A stretch of 64,000 bases of DNA. It comes from Camelus dromedarius (Eukaryota). A model generated the notes under the pieces. It searched no databases. It had not been told where the DNA came from and saw nothing but the letters and a program-made list of their open reading frames with translations. The translations under genes were made by a program, and so were the position numbers. Positions 13,173 through 26,902 of this stretch are shown piece after piece. The stretch covers positions 98,148,001 to 98,212,000 of the forward strand of contig NC_087437.1 of the NCBI RefSeq assembly GCF_036321535.1, given 5' to 3'. Numbering within the stretch: position 1 is the stretch's first letter; each line of letters begins with the position of its first letter.

Positions 13173-13536
13173 CACACACACACAATAGAATACTACTCAT
13201 CCATAAAAAAGAATGGAAGTTTGCCATTTGCAGCAACATGGATGGACTTGGAGGATATTATGCTAAGTGAAGTAAGTCGGACATAGAAAGAAAAATACTG
13301 TATGATACCACTTATATGTAGAATCTAAAAAATACAACAAATTAGCGAATAAAACAAAACAAAAGCAGACTCACAGAGAAGAAACTAATGATTGCCAGTG
13401 AGGAGAGGGAAAGAGGGAGGGGCAATATAGGAATGGGAAAAAAAAGAGTTTTTATGGGATTATATGAAATCATGTATGTGAAACTTTTGAAAATTATAAA
13501 GTACTATAGAATTTAAGAATCTTTCATTGAATAAAA
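12346..13536. mobile_element. Younger 5'-inverted (twin-primed) L1 insertion with 11-bp TSD
   Basis: 12346-12990 antisense ORF2 (NSKWIKDLNVRSDTIKLLEENI...KWNLIKLKGFCT); 12991-13536 sense ORF2 end, 3'UTR and A-tail; TSD aaatgtagatg at 12335-12345 and 13537-13547. Confidence 0.85.
13129..13184. repeat. (CA)n microsatellite within L1 3'UTR
   Basis: Direct reading. Confidence 0.95.
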
Positions 13537-14089
13537 AAATGTAGATGGAATAAGCACTCCAATGAAAAGGCATATTGGTTGACAGACTGAAAACAAGACC
13601 TATTTATCTGCTGTCCAGAAGAGACAGACTTTAGGTTCAATGACACAAATAGGTTGAAAATTAAAGAATGGAGAAAAGATGTATTATGTAAACAGTAAGC
13701 AAAAGAAAGTCAGAGTAGCTATACTAATATCAGACAAAATAGACTTTATTTTGAGATCACTCAGAGTAAAGGAGAAGAAGCATGAGATACAATCCCTAAG
13801 CCTTTGATTGCTTCACTACAGGGTAGTAGCTTAGAGAGTGAAGAGCATCTGTCACCAGTTTCAACCTCTTGATGATTTTCCCCTCCCTTTCTGCGACCTG
13901 GGGAAGCAGGAATTGCATAAAAAAAAACTAAAGTTGATTACAAATGCTTCTAAAATATAGTTGTTTCATTTGATTTTATTTTGTATTAAAATTCTATTAT
14001 ATGTGAAATACAGTCATATTTTTACTAAACAATGACTTATATATAAAATAATATAAAACATAAACATCAGCTCAATTAATTTTCATAAG

Positions 14090-15225
14090 TACACTCATAT
14101 AATAAAAATCCGGATCAATAAATGGAATAGTAATATCCCAGAACCAACCACTTTTGTCCCTTCTTCTAAGTACTCTCTCCTTCAAAGGATAACTGTTATC
14201 CAGACTTCTGACACTATAGGTAAGTTTTATCTGTTTCCAACATGTAATCAGATAGTGTGTACTTTGTTGTGTCTGGCTTCTTATACTTAATTCCATATTT
14301 ATGTGACATATCCATACTATGGCTATAGTTGTAGTTTGCTCATTCATGCTGTGGTATTGGATTCCACTGTGTGATTATATTATAATGTACTTATTAGTTC
14401 TACAGTTGATGAATATTTGGGTAGTTTCCAGATTGAGCTTATTTGAATAGAGGCAATGAATATTTTTGTATGTATCTTTCAGTGAATATATGTAAATATT
14501 TATCTTGAATATATAAATAAGATTAAATCTGTTGGGATAGTTTATACCCACGTCCAGTTTTAGTAAGTATTGCCAAATGTTTTCCAATGTGGTTGTACTA
14601 ATGTACACTCCCTCCAGCAGTTTATGAGAGCTTAGTAATTCTGTATCCTCACCAATATTTGATGTTGTCTGTTTTTCATTTTAGCTGTTCTGATAGGCAT
14701 GCAGTTGTAGCAATTGTGATTTTCATTTTCATTTCTCTACAGGTGAACACCTTATCGTATGTTTATTGATCATTTTGACATCTTTTCTGGATACCTGCTC
14801 ATTTTCCTGTTTGGGGTTTCAGTCTTTTTCTCATTGATTTACAAGTATTTTCCCTCAATCTATGGATTGATTTTCAATCTCTAAATGGTGTTGTTTGATG
14901 GACAGTCTTAACAATGTAATTATTTTTCTTTCATGGTTATTGATTTTTAGGTCATATTTAGGAAATATTTCCTACTTTATGGTCTTGAAGATATTTTTCT
15001 ATGCTTCTAAAAGATTTATTGATTATTGATTAAATATTTGTTTATTATTTATACCTTTTACATGCAGATCTATAGTTCATTTAGAGTTAACTTTCGTGTG
15101 TAGTGAGAGATATGGGTTGAGATACAGATATTTTTCCCTATGGATGGATATTCAATTGACCTAGCACCATTTATTAAAATGACCACCCTTTACCCATTGC
15201 CCTTTAGGGCTATCTTTGTCGTGAT
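14090..15225 (-). mobile_element. Old L1 (L1MD/ME-like) 3' region
   Basis: ttgccaaatgttttccaatgtggttgtactaatgtacactccctccagcag...ctcaccaatatttgatg; ggatattcaattgacctagcaccatttatt. Confidence 0.8.
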
Positions 15226-15599
15226 TTTAAAAGGTATTTTCTTTTATCTTTTTTTCAACTGACTAGTGAGAGTTCTGAAGATGTTAATATTGATGCACAG
15301 AAAGCCATGAGCACAGTTCCTAGAAATAAAAACATTGATACTATTATGGCTACTATTTCTCAGTGCTTTATAGACTAGCCATGCTTAACACATATCTGTT
15401 TCTCATGCATCTTTTTTCCTCTTCGATAAAAAATATTTTTTTCTAATAAGTAATGCCGTTTATTAATTAAAAAATTAGAACATAGGAAAAATAATAGAGC
15501 AGAAAATAAGAATGACCCATAATCCTAAGGAAAGTCACTAAAGATGTTTGATATTTTCTTCTCATGATTTTTTTCAATAGGTTTATTCTTATAGTTTAA

Positions 15600-16085
15600 T
15601 AAAGTTACTAAGTACATAAAAGCACAGAGATTTCAAAGTTGAAGGATAAAGAGACCTAAGTGAAAGTACTGTTTCTACATTTCAGCAGAAGTAGTAAAAC
15701 ATGAAGACTAGTATACTGTGATATGGTGTATAAGTGTATTATAACATTTAGAACAATCACTAAGAAAATCAAAGCAGTATCCTAAAAATATGGTCGGATA
15801 ACTCACAGGAAGGCAAGAAAAGAGACAGAAATGAGAAACAAAGAGAATAAACAGCAAACAAACTATATGGAAGACTTAAGCCTTATCACATCAATAATTA
15901 TCCCCAGTATAAATGATCTTAATTCACCAATTAGAAGACAGAGTTGGCAGAGTATATTTAAAAAAAAAAAAAAATGACCCAACTATATGCTATCTATAAG
16001 AAATTCATTTCAAAAACAACTTAGATAAGTTGAAAGTAAAAGGATGGAAAAAAGATGTGCCATGTAAACGTGAATTTAAAATAAA
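15600..16085 (+). mobile_element. L1 inter-ORF/ORF2 start fragment
   Basis: tcaataattat...aaatgatcttaattcaccaattagaagacagagttggcagag...gacccaactatatgctatctataagaa. Confidence 0.8.
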
Positions 16086-17544
16086 ATTTCAGAGAGAGCT
16101 TGTAAATGTCTTTATTAGCACACTCATGATGCTCAAATAATCTGACACATTGTCTGTGTGTGATGGATGGATGACTATAGATTTGCAGACTTTCTGAGCT
16201 CTTCCTGAACCAAATTACTCAAGTATTAAGTCAATGTCTTATTAATCTTAAAACAAAGAGTAATAACTAGAAAATCATCTAGATGAGCACACTGATAAGA
16301 AACTGCTGGCAGGAGGCTACTGGTCAGAAGAGCAGCCAAAGTGAAAGGAAACGTGTGTGCAAGATCAGGTATGTAAATAAGAGCCCAGCTTCATATTTTG
16401 CATTTGAAAGGGAGTTTTGATGCATCACAAAAATAGCAATAGAGGAGGGGCAAGTGGAAGGCGTTTTTTATCCTCAGTTCTATGGGGTGGCTTGTGGCTC
16501 TGCTCTTTTCAACGTCTGTCAGTCTCCATCAATATATGCCTGCATAAAGATTCACAAAATTATCATTTGAAAGGTTACAAAATTGTCCACACAAGGAACT
16601 TCACCTTTCTACTTGTGGTTTGACAGCTAGGTTGATAAGTTAGATCCAAATAAAGTTAGCCTTCAGTAAGATGCTTTCACATTTACTGTAATCAACTTTT
16701 TAGTACATACTCTTTGGACAATCAAGAGCCTTACCCAAATGGACCTGAAAAACTGTTGACCAGACTTGACAACATGCAGCCCACTGAAGTGTTGGAAACC
16801 TTGGGGAAAAATTGTCCCTTACCTTCTCCCTATCACCCCTAGACCACTGCATGAAAGTGAGGTTGAAAAAAAAAAAAGATGGAAATATTCTAGACTTTGT
16901 ATATTTTAGTTAGTTCTAGGATGTCCTGTGGGATCTAGAACCCATGAAAGTGACACTAAATCTCCAGAGAAATCCAGTAATTGCCCCCAAATTACTTGTA
17001 AACTCCCATATAAAAACTGCCATAGATCTATGAAGGACTGGATCTAGGCTCTCCACGATTTGATAAGAGGAAGCACAAGAGAACTCAGCATGACATTAGA
17101 GTAGAAATTAGGTGTGATCCTCCTACAGTCCTCCGGCAATCTTTCATGACCAATCATCATTCTTGTTAGAAATATTACTTCAGATGTTTGGTCTGAGTGC
17201 AATCTTTTTTCTCTGTCATGTTCTCTCCCTAGCTAGATGCAGTAAAGGGACATGTTCTATGAACAGAGTGATAAGTTAAATTGATTTCAAATCTCTAACA
17301 TCAGATTATACTGTGACCTTGTGGGGGCCTGGGGTGGGGCAGGGTGGATGATGGGCTTGGGTCATCTTTCCCAGCATTTAAGGTGTTCTTTTTTCAATTG
17401 ATTCAACTCAATTCAATGAACATTTATTGGACATTTGATGAGACAAGCAATCCATAGGGCCAGTAAACCAGAGGAAGAAAGAAGTAGCTGTCAGTCTCAT
17501 AAAGGAGTGTGTTAGGTACAACAACAATTTCCCAAGGTATATCC

Positions 17545-17757
17545 CTCCCTCTTTCCTTTTTTTCTTCTCTACCCTTCCTTTCTATCCTTCCTTCTTTCTT
17601 TTTCTTTTCTTTTTTCCCCAGCTTTACTGAGATACAATTGACACACAACATCGTGTAAGTTTAAAGTATACAGCATGATGATTTGATACCTGGACTTATT
17701 GTTAAATGATTACCACAATAGAATTAGTTAACAAATCCATCATCGCACAAAATTACC

Positions 17758-17794
<37 letters not shown>

Positions 17795-17805
17795 TGAGAA
17801 CATTT
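17545..17805 (-). mobile_element. L1MA-type 3' end with pyrimidine-rich tail and internal (TG)n
   Basis: cagctttactgagatacaattgac...gtaagtttaaagtatacagcatgatgatttgatac...gtggtgagaacattt; (TG)n at ~17760-17793. Confidence 0.8.
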
Positions 17806-20279
17806 CTTCCTGAGGCATAATCTTCCCAAAGAGGCATTAACAAATTCAAATAAATATTGATTTCCACCAGTATCAATCCTCTAGCACCTCTCACTCACCA
17901 GTGGAAGACATCAGTGCCCTTTTATAGTAGGTATCATAAAAGCAGTCAGTCCCTTTGCAGAGACCTAGAGAGCAAGGAGGACTTTCTCAAGGTCACCTTT
18001 TACTTTCCTGATGAGCACAAAGCAAGTACCAGCACCCCTGCTCTTTGGTAAAGGCATCTCTCATGCTGCAGTTTTCTGTCGCCAGCTATAATGCACTACT
18101 GGTGATTTTCATCTACTTCTATATGAAAACATGATAGAATGCACCTCTTCCCTGGGTTATTTCCATAGCGACTGTATTTATTATATTAATGTTTATCACT
18201 TGGATGTCATTTAATGAATGTAGGCAGAGGGGAGGGAGGAGACGGAACGTTCGCTGAAAGAAGCTGTGCCAGTAATTCAAATGCATGGTGAAGACAAGCA
18301 CGCACACTCGCATGGCCATATGGGGGCTGTTTTAGGGCACTGAAGCAGTTAATTTTGTTTTAAAGACACAAGCTTAGATCTTTTTGACTTTGTTGAGAAT
18401 GGAAATTATAAAGCATGCGAGGCTTCAGATCAAAATGCTATATTATTTTCCCCTCCCCACCTTATCTGAAGAGTGTAATGTCCTGACAATGGCCCACTTC
18501 TTGAACTCTTTCCAATTTCAGATATTTCCTATCTCTTTTAATACCTCATTGCTTTTGCATCAATTACAGCCTGACCTAAAGCTGCACGGGAAGTGGAAGT
18601 GATATATCGTGGAATCCATTTAAATGAATTTCTGACGAAAGAATAAAACTGTTAAAAGAATAAATTTACTGCACACAAATTTATACAAACCCCATATATG
18701 CTGTGAAATCCTCTTAAATGAAAAACTGATGAAAGATTAAAATGTTAAATGAATTAAAATCCACCATACTGGTGAAATATAATGATGATTTGACCTCCTA
18801 AATGAATGGCTGAAATGAAGATATAAATTTGAAGTGCTCCAATGTGTCAATTTTAAATGTGTGGTGAGCCAGCATAACACAAAAATATGGTTCTTGCTAT
18901 TAAAGGAACACGTTCTTTGTTGAACTAGCCATTATTTAGAAACACCTGTGTTGGTTCCTCGCATGATGAAAAGGCAAAATAATCCTGTTTCTTGCAGAAG
19001 GCAACAATGTTCATTAACTTCTCCCTTTTTCCTAATCTTTTATCATTTGATCTCTTCAAGTTAGATTTCAGCTGGCATATATAGTAGCTAAGGGGTGAAA
19101 AAGAACTGGGACCCTTGCATGGCCATTTCTATCCTTCAGCAGGGGTCCTTACTAAAACAGACCTTATGTCTTGCTCCCAGAATATACAAAAAATGCTAGT
19201 ATTAAGTTGTAAATTTTCAGTGAGACACAGGGAGTTAGCCGAGCAATTCCTATTAAGAATTACAACTCCACCCGTCTAATTCCAAATTTAACATTTAAAA
19301 CAACAACAACAACAACAACACAAAACTCTGTTGTGAAGTTCCTAGCAGTTAAAGTAAGTTAGCAAACTAGTCTCTTGCCCGGAAGAATTATATGTTCCAA
19401 CTCGGTTTGGGGCACAGGTGATATGTATTTTGTTGGTAATAAACTTAAGCCTTGGTCAGGCAAAAATCATACTCTCTAATTAGGTACAACTGGGAAGCTT
19501 TGATCATTGCCAGGAAAAACAAAAAACCCAGCTGCCCTATGGAAAACTTCACCTAGCAGCTCTTTGACCTACATTCAGATTATGTAATTACAGCCATTTG
19601 CAGTTAGAAGCCATGGCCAGAAAGGGGTCATTATCCCCATAGTTTAATGGGGTAGGGCCCTCAGGTAGTGCCCAAATTTCTGGGCATATGGCCAAATGCA
19701 TGTGACCATTAATTCAAATGCATCTAGTGATTATCAAATGATATATAATATGCTTTAAATGATCAAGAGGGGTGGGGCATTTGTGCCAATTAAGTTTGGC
19801 CAATCCTGAACCTGCATCTAGGGAGGAATAGAAAGTTACTTCTAGAGAGCTTTTTAATTTTTCATCAACCTGAGATGTTCTTGGGTGGAGAAGCTTTAGT
19901 GGACTTCCTGATGAGGAGAAAATCCTGGAGAAGTTTTGCAAACGGTCCAGGGTGGTCTGTGGTGGGAGTTGGAATAGTCTTGAAGTAAATATCCTGGGGG
20001 TTGCAGCATCTCTTAAATTACTGTCTAAAAGGCCAAGTGTTTTGCCTTTCGTGGATAATCTTGATGTAATTTTTCTGTTGCATTTGTTGCTACACCAGCT
20101 TCCAAATGCCTCAAGAGCAAGAACTGAGTCAGTTATCTCTGCAATTCCAAGGAAACCAAAAATACTCAGTAAATGTTGGCTTAAACTCAGTACAGAGCAA
20201 CTTTACTCTGGCTGAAGTCATAAGTAAACAGGATTTGGGACTTTAGCACCCCCTGGGGGAAGCCATAGTTGGCTTCCCC

Positions 20280-20640
20280 TTATATTTTTTCATTATTTCC
20301 AGAATATTTATAGAGTGCCTCTTATGCGGCACTCGGTACTAGGAATGGAATACCTATCTCCAAGAAGCTTCCTGTCTGTCAGAAATGCTGAAAGGTCCCG
20401 ACTAAATGTTGTCCAGCAACAATTATTACCATGGCCTGTAGGAGGCACAGAGATGCGGTAGTAAACAAGTTACATTTCCATCTAAAAGATGGGGAGAGAG
20501 GCAGTTACAGCTGAAGATGAGAAGTGTTCTGAGAAGGGTAAGCAGGGAATAGAAAAGAGAAGTAATATCTAAACTAAAACCTGAAGAAGCTAAATAGGGA
20601 AAAGGAGTATAGAAATAAGAGGTGAGCTACACCTACCAGT
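20280..20640 (-). mobile_element. LINE-2 fragment
   Basis: aatatttatagagtgcctcttatgcggcactcggtactagg...tctccaagaagctt. Confidence 0.55.
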
Positions 20641-21499
20641 TTACTTCATTTTGTGGATTCATAAGTTCTACTATTTGAATTCATTCATTCTTCATTAACA
20701 TACAGATACTTTCATTTTCAAATAAATAATAAGAATACTCTACCAATTGTTCGAAACTTTTTCAATAGCTTATGGGTACTCACAGTTTATGGTTCCTTTT
20801 TGTACATGTGTCTACCAAATAGGTCAAGTGTTATCATATAAAATTGAATACTTATTGATATTACTACTAATGACTAGTGTCATCTTAGGGCTTAAAGATT
20901 TCCAGGACTTACGAGAGTCATGTGAAAAAGAATTCTGACATCACTGAGTTAAATAAAGCATAGTGGAAGTACATTAAATTACTGAAGATTTAAAAAAACT
21001 ATATTCTTTAAATTGTAACTAAAAATATTTAAAAAACATTATTTTTAGATATTCATTGAAAATGAGTATTTATCTTCACTTAATTTTTATTGAAAAATCT
21101 AAAGATTAATTCGAATTATAGATATGATTTAAATGAAAATAATACGTATATGAAATAGACATTAAAATTAACATGAAAGACAACTAAAAAAGTCTAAAAA
21201 GTTATTTTTGAACGTTTCAAAGACTTCTTTTTATCGTCATTCTTTTTAGGTTTTTAATTCAAATATATTAGGAGTTAGAAAACCAAATCTCAAATTCCAC
21301 TTTACAGCTCAAACTGCCAAACTTCCATTTTTGTATGCACTTTATCCTTTCTAGACTGAGACTTGGTATAAAATGAGGTGATAGGAGTTATGAATATCTG
21401 GTTCACCTGACGGTGACTCAGGCTTTTCATTTTATATAGCGCTGTCTGCTTATCCATCTGGAAACCATCTACTCTCCAGTCCCTACCTCAGAGGAATAA

Positions 21500-21675
21500 A
21501 CCCCTGATCAACTACATCAGAATCACCCAGGGAACCTGAATTTACAAAACGCATAATCCTTGCCCCATGCCCAGTCTGCTGGATCAGAATTAGGGGGCAG
21601 GCTTGGGAAATTGAGTTTTAACAACAACAACAAAAATTAACAAAAGTAAATTTTGTGCACACTTCAGTTTTTAAA
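21500..21675. mobile_element. MER5-family DNA transposon fossil
   Basis: catcagaatcacccagggaac...ggatcagaat...ttttaaca. Confidence 0.55.
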
Positions 21676-22484
21676 ATGGTGAAACATGATAGAAGGTAAA
21701 TCTCCAAATATGAACCTTTGAATAAGGGCCCAGAAACTCAATTTTGCTGTTGACTAGGATTATAATTCAGAATAATAGAAAGATTGGGGGGAAGTATATA
21801 TATGTGTGTATATATATATATATCCCTGGTACTTTTAGAGAGATTGGAGGGGAACACAATAGAGATAGGGAAGAAAAGAGATTATTTCCCAACTATGATG
21901 CAGCAGCACTCAGGAAGACAGAGCTCCTTTAAAGACAGTCATAGCCTGTGAAAAATCATTAGGGGAAAAAATAGTGAGAAAGGGGGCTAAACCTTAGAAT
22001 TCTGGCAAGGATCACACAAGCCCTGGGTCAGGTACATCATAGGTCCTTAACAAATTTTTGTTGAATGGATGGATGGAAATTCTGAGCCTCCTTTTTAGTG
22101 TCAGTGTATTGGAAATTACAATTGTAAAGTTTCCGGGAAAATGGGATTTCATGTGTTTCAATCACAAATATATTTTGCAAATCGAATTGTGAATTACAGT
22201 TAGATTGCTTGCAAGTGTGACATGCTGGACTGTCTCCTAGGGCATTTTCCTAGATACCTACAGGAGACTCATCAAGTAATACGGATGCTTTGCGCCAGTA
22301 CCAAGCTGAAGCAAGGTTTCCAAATATAGACAATCGTGATTAATTCCTGCTTTATTTGACAGTAAATATTGACAGAATTGATCAGATGAGCATCACTTCA
22401 CCTGAGGTTTCATCCAGAACTTGGTATATAGGTCAAGAATTTGGGGATTTAAAACAAACAACAGGTAATTTCTCTGGCAAAGTG

Positions 22485-22710
22485 TTAAAGTTAAAAGCTC
22501 TTGGCTTAGGAATCCGGAGGACAAGATTATACTACTAACTCTGCCACTAATTCACTGCGAGAACTTGGACAGGCTATTGCATACCAATCAGTGAAATAAG
22601 AAAATGAGACTATTATTCGCAAGGTTTATGCCAGTTGTAATTACTAATGTGCTGATAAATGGTTAACAACTGGATTTCTAAGGAGGAAAAAGTCCTCATG
22701 TTAGCATTTT
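22485..22710. mobile_element. MIR fragment followed by MER63-like (hAT) end
   Basis: ggcttaggaatccggaggac...ctctgccactaattcactgcga; taatgtgctgataaatggttaacaactgg. Confidence 0.5.
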
Positions 22711-22714
22711 CTAA

Positions 22715-24340
22715 CTTATATGGAGTGAAATTTCTGAGTCAGAGGATACACGTGAACATTTCTAAGGCCCTTGATAAATATTGCCAAATTTATGTTCAGA
22801 AAGATTGTACAATTTATACACTCACAGTGAAGAATGAATGTTTTCCCACAAAATTGCCAACATAGGGTATTATTATTTTTAAAATAGTTTTTTTTTTTAA
22901 TTTGGCAGCCTTTTCTTCTGAATCTATAGTTCTTAACTGGATAAACATTTAAGTATACTAGTTGACAATTGGTATTTCTTTCTTTGAAAAATGTCTGCTC
23001 ATGAACTTTGCCATTTGTCTATTGTATTCTTAATGGGTTTTTCTAATTAATTTTCAAAAGTATGGTATAAGTTAAGTCTATAACCCTTTGTTAACGTGTT
23101 GCAGATATATAATTATAAAGCTGTTTAAAATATGATTATAAAGCTGAAGTATTATTTTTTTAATTTTTTAACTTAAATTTAATTTTTTTTTTTTTTTTTT
23201 TTTTTACTTTTTGACTCCCTTCATCCATTTCTTCCACCCTCCTGCCTTCACTTCTGGCAACCACCAATCTGTTCTTTGTATCTATGAACTTGGTTTCTTT
23301 TCTTTCTTCCTCTTCTTTTTTGATTCCACATATAAGAGAATGCAAATGGTATTTGTCTTTCTCTATTTGACTTGTTTCATTAAGCCTAATGCCCCCGAGA
23401 TCCATCCATGTTGTCAAAAATGGCAAGATTTTATTCCTTTTTAAGAATGGTTGGATAATATTTTATTTTATCTATATCTATAACTATATCTATATCTATA
23501 TCTATATCTATATCTATCACATCTTCTTTATCCATCTGTCTGTCGGTGGTTGCTTGGGTTATTTCCACATCTTGGCTATTGTAAATAGCATTGCAGTGAA
23601 CATGGGGGTGCATGTATCTTTTTGAGTATTTTCATTTTCTTCAGCTAAATACCCAGAAGTGGAATTGCTGGATCATACAGTAGTTCTATTTTTAATTTTT
23701 TGAGGAAACTCCACACTGCTTTCCATAGTGGCTGCACCAATTTAAATTCCCACCAACAGTGCACAAAACTTGACTTTTCTCCATGTCCTCGCCAAAACGT
23801 GTTATTTCTTGTCTTTTTGATAATAGCCATTCTAACAGGTGCGAGGTGATATCTCAATATAGTTCGTATTATATCTTTTAAAATTAAATCTGTGGATAGT
23901 TTTCCCATGCCTTCACTAACTTTTCTGATTTTTTATTTTACATTTAATCTTTTAAACCATTTAAATTTACTTTAACATATAGTATGAGGAAAGGATCTAC
24001 AATTCATTTCCCCCCCTCAATTTTGCCAATTTCTCATCTCTTTTTTGAAATATCTCTCTCTTCCCAACCGGTTTATATCTTAGTCATCAAATGTTAAATT
24101 TTAATATATTGAGAGATCTGTTTTTGCCCATCTAGCCTTTTCTATTGATCCATCTGTCCACTCTCATGTCAGTATCTTCCTATTATAATATATGCCCTAT
24201 TATAATCAATTTCAATATCTAACAGGTAAGTCCTAATTTCTTTATTTTTTGAAGTTTTCTTAATTTTTTTATAGGTTAATTCTTCCAGGTAAGTGTTGGA
24301 ATGGCTTTAGCCTGTTAAAAAAGCCAAATAGGATTTTTAA
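22715..24340 (-). mobile_element. Old L1 (L1ME-like) with nested younger L1 3' end (~23160-23865) containing poly(T) and (TATATC)n
   Basis: ctggcaaccaccaatctgttct...ttccacatataag...atacccagaagtggaattgctggatcat...gaggtgatatctca; flanking degenerate L1. Confidence 0.85.
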
Positions 24341-24342
<2 letters not shown>

Positions 24343-24377
<35 letters not shown>

Positions 24378-24550
24378 TATTAAAATATATTCAGCTTACA
24401 ATGTTGTGCCAATTTCTGGTGCACAGCATAATGCTTCAGTCATACATGAACATACATATATTAATTTTCATATTCTTTTTCACCATAAGTTACTACAAGA
24501 TATTGAATAGAGTTTCCTGTGCTGTACAGTACAAATAGGCTTTTTATATC
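24343..24550 (-). mobile_element. Artiodactyl-type L1 3' end with (TG)n at its tail
   Basis: tacaatgttgtgccaatttctggtgcacagcata...tactacaagatattgaatagagtttcctgtgctgtacagt. Confidence 0.8.
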
Positions 24551-24584
24551 TGTTACTTCCCCAAAAAAGAAATATATATCAAAA

Positions 24585-24985
24585 CATCTCAATGTGTGGA
24601 TCTTGTTTGTGCCCTGGTTTTTTAAAATTACAACAACAAAAAAAGAACACTTAAGTGCATTTGGAAATGTCATTGTAAATTTGAACACTGGATATTTTAG
24701 TATATTAAGAAATTATTAATTTTTAGGTGCAATGTTAATACTGTGATTATATTAAAGGGCCCTTATCATTAAAGGGGCATAATAAGTATTTATGAATAAA
24801 ATAATGTGGTCTTTATAATTCTGTTTAGAATAGTAATAGGAGAGGGAGAAATGGAAGGATGTATAGAAGGGGGGGATTAGTATTAACCTGACGTTTATTG
24901 GGGTTGAGTGATGGAACTTCATTTTATTTTACTATCTGTTTTTGTATATGATTGCAAGACTTCGTGTTAAAGGATAAATTTTAAG
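24585..24985 (+). mobile_element. L1MC/ME-like 3' end
   Basis: aaatttgaacactggatatttt...attaagaaattattaattttt...tttttgtatatgattg. Confidence 0.6.
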
Positions 24986-25425
24986 AGAAGATTTAATCGT
25001 GACTTTCACAGACTAAAATGAACATACGTCAAAGACTGTTTCTAATTTATTATTTAATAAGGAAACCAGTAAGATGTTATAATTAGTTCAAAGGAGATTT
25101 CACAAAACTAAACCTTGTAAGTAGTAAGTAATGCTGAAATGAATTTACAACACATGGGGAATGTGGTGATAGTGGCAGGGCAGTGGTAGTTCTGTATGGC
25201 CATAGGACAAATGCACTTATGACTATGTTGAAGAATCCTCTGCTTGGAATCAGTTTTCGGCAATTTACAGAGCCGTTCAAAAGCTTAAAGGCAATGAAAA
25301 CTGCAGAAATGCCGTAGAATCAGATGACTTGACAGATGTGTTTAGGCAACACTTAGTTTTTCAGTGGTGATACTCAGTAATCTTTTCAGCCCATTTCAGT
25401 TTTTCATACTTTTTCCCGTAGTGGC

Positions 25426-25920
25426 TGTAGTGGGCAGAATAACGGCCCCCATTAGCTCCCCAGAGCTAATGAATATGTTACCTTGCCTGGAAAAGGAAAT
25501 TGTGCAGATGTGATTACGCTGAGGATCTTGAGGTTGGGAGATTATCCTGGATTATCTAGGTAGGCTCAATGTAGTCACAAGGATCCTTATAATGAAAGAT
25601 AGAGGCAGGAGAATCAGAATCAGAGAAGAACATGTGATGATGGAAGTAGAGGTCCAATAGACGCAACTGCGGGCTTTGAAAGTGGTGGAAGGAGGCCATG
25701 AGCTAAGGAATGCAAGCAGCCTCTAGAAGCCAGAGAAGGCAAGGAAATAATATCCTTTAGGATCTCCAGCAGAAATGCAGGCCTGATGACATCTTGCTCT
25801 TAGCCTCGTGAGAGTCATTTCTGACTTCTGACCTCAGAACTATAGGATAATAAATTTGTGTTATTTTAAACCGCTGAATTTGTGATAATATTTTTACAGA
25901 AGCAATAGGGAATTAATACA
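25426..25920 (+). mobile_element. MaLR solo LTR (MLT1D-like)
   Basis: tg...ca termini; gaatatgttaccttgcctggaaaagg...gagattatcctggattatc...gacttctgacctcagaact...taataca. Confidence 0.9.
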
Positions 25921-26321
25921 GCCTCCAATCACCCAGTACTTTAAGATCATAATTATCTCAAAGAAGGCTTGTTCTTGAGGACAAAAAAGGCTGGTCCCAC
26001 TATTTCTGGGCTGATTATTTACACAGGTGCAGCAAGAATGTTAATGAAATTTTTTGAGATTATTTTGCAGATCTAGAGCTATACAATATAAAACAGCCAC
26101 TGAGGACTCAAACTTAATTTCTGTCTAAAAGTTTCCATAGGGAATCTCTGATTGGACCTTTATAAATATCTCATCTGTTCTCATAAGATAGAAAAACAAG
26201 CCCAAGAAATTATCTGCTCCAGATTTCATCTGCAGTACCTTATACATTTGAGTGAATTCCTCTGTTCCAAGGGTTTCCAAATTTTTAAGGCTCCTGCCCT
26301 GTAAGGAAGAGACCATCTTAC

Positions 26322-26500
26322 CACCTATAACACTGGAATCCTGTGAGCCAAGATTCCTGGGAGAGCATTGTAGCCACTGGTTCCATATGTAAAACCAGCT
26401 TCTTAAAAGTGGCTTGTCCTATTTGATTCAATGTACATTATTTTCAGAAATGGCATTTCAGCAAGACATTGTTTGCATAACTGATTTTAACAATTATAAT
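26322..26500 (-). pseudogene. Exon remnant (179 nt), stops in the candidate frames
   Basis: tcctctgttttaacag| ... GTG|gtaaga. Confidence 0.5.
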
Positions 26501-26902
26501 CTGTTAAAACAGAGGACAGATTCCTACTGAACCTATACACAAAACTATATCACCATCAAAAGTAAAGACGCTTACTAAGAGCTTTGGAATTTTAGAAAGT
26601 CAGTGAGAATCAGCTATAATTTAAAAATGTTTCATTTTAGCTTAAAAAAGGAGCATTTACTAAATTGTTTTTGGTTGCAAATAGCTTTTTAAAAGATGAG
26701 ATTTCATCTATCCAGAAAATAGGAAAATAAAACAACAATATTCTAAAAAGAAATGACTACAATAAAAATTTCCTCATCAGTTTACTTAGATCTATTTTAT
26801 TAATTCTTGATCTGCTGGACCTTGGGTTACCAGTATCCTGAAGCCATCTACTTTTCAACTAGAAGCAGTCATGAAAAGTCAGAGCTGCCCATTGGTCGAT
26901 TC

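Larger units (their letters stand above)
10900..13750 (+). mobile_element. Old L1 (L1M-type: ORF1 3' half, inter-ORF, start of ORF2), interrupted by two insertions
   Basis: ORF1 acagctgacttcttatcagaaaccactgaggccagaaggcagtagg; inter-ORF ctagggcaaccactgaga; ORF2 endonuclease tatctgctgtccagaagagacag...gtagctatactaatatcagacaaaatagacttta. Confidence 0.85.

Noticed and set aside
20256..20279. Perfect 10-bp hairpin GGGGAAGCCA-TAGT-TGGCTTCCCC
   Set aside because: About one such stem is expected by chance in 64 kb; too short for a pre-miRNA; terminator logic does not apply to mammalian DNA.
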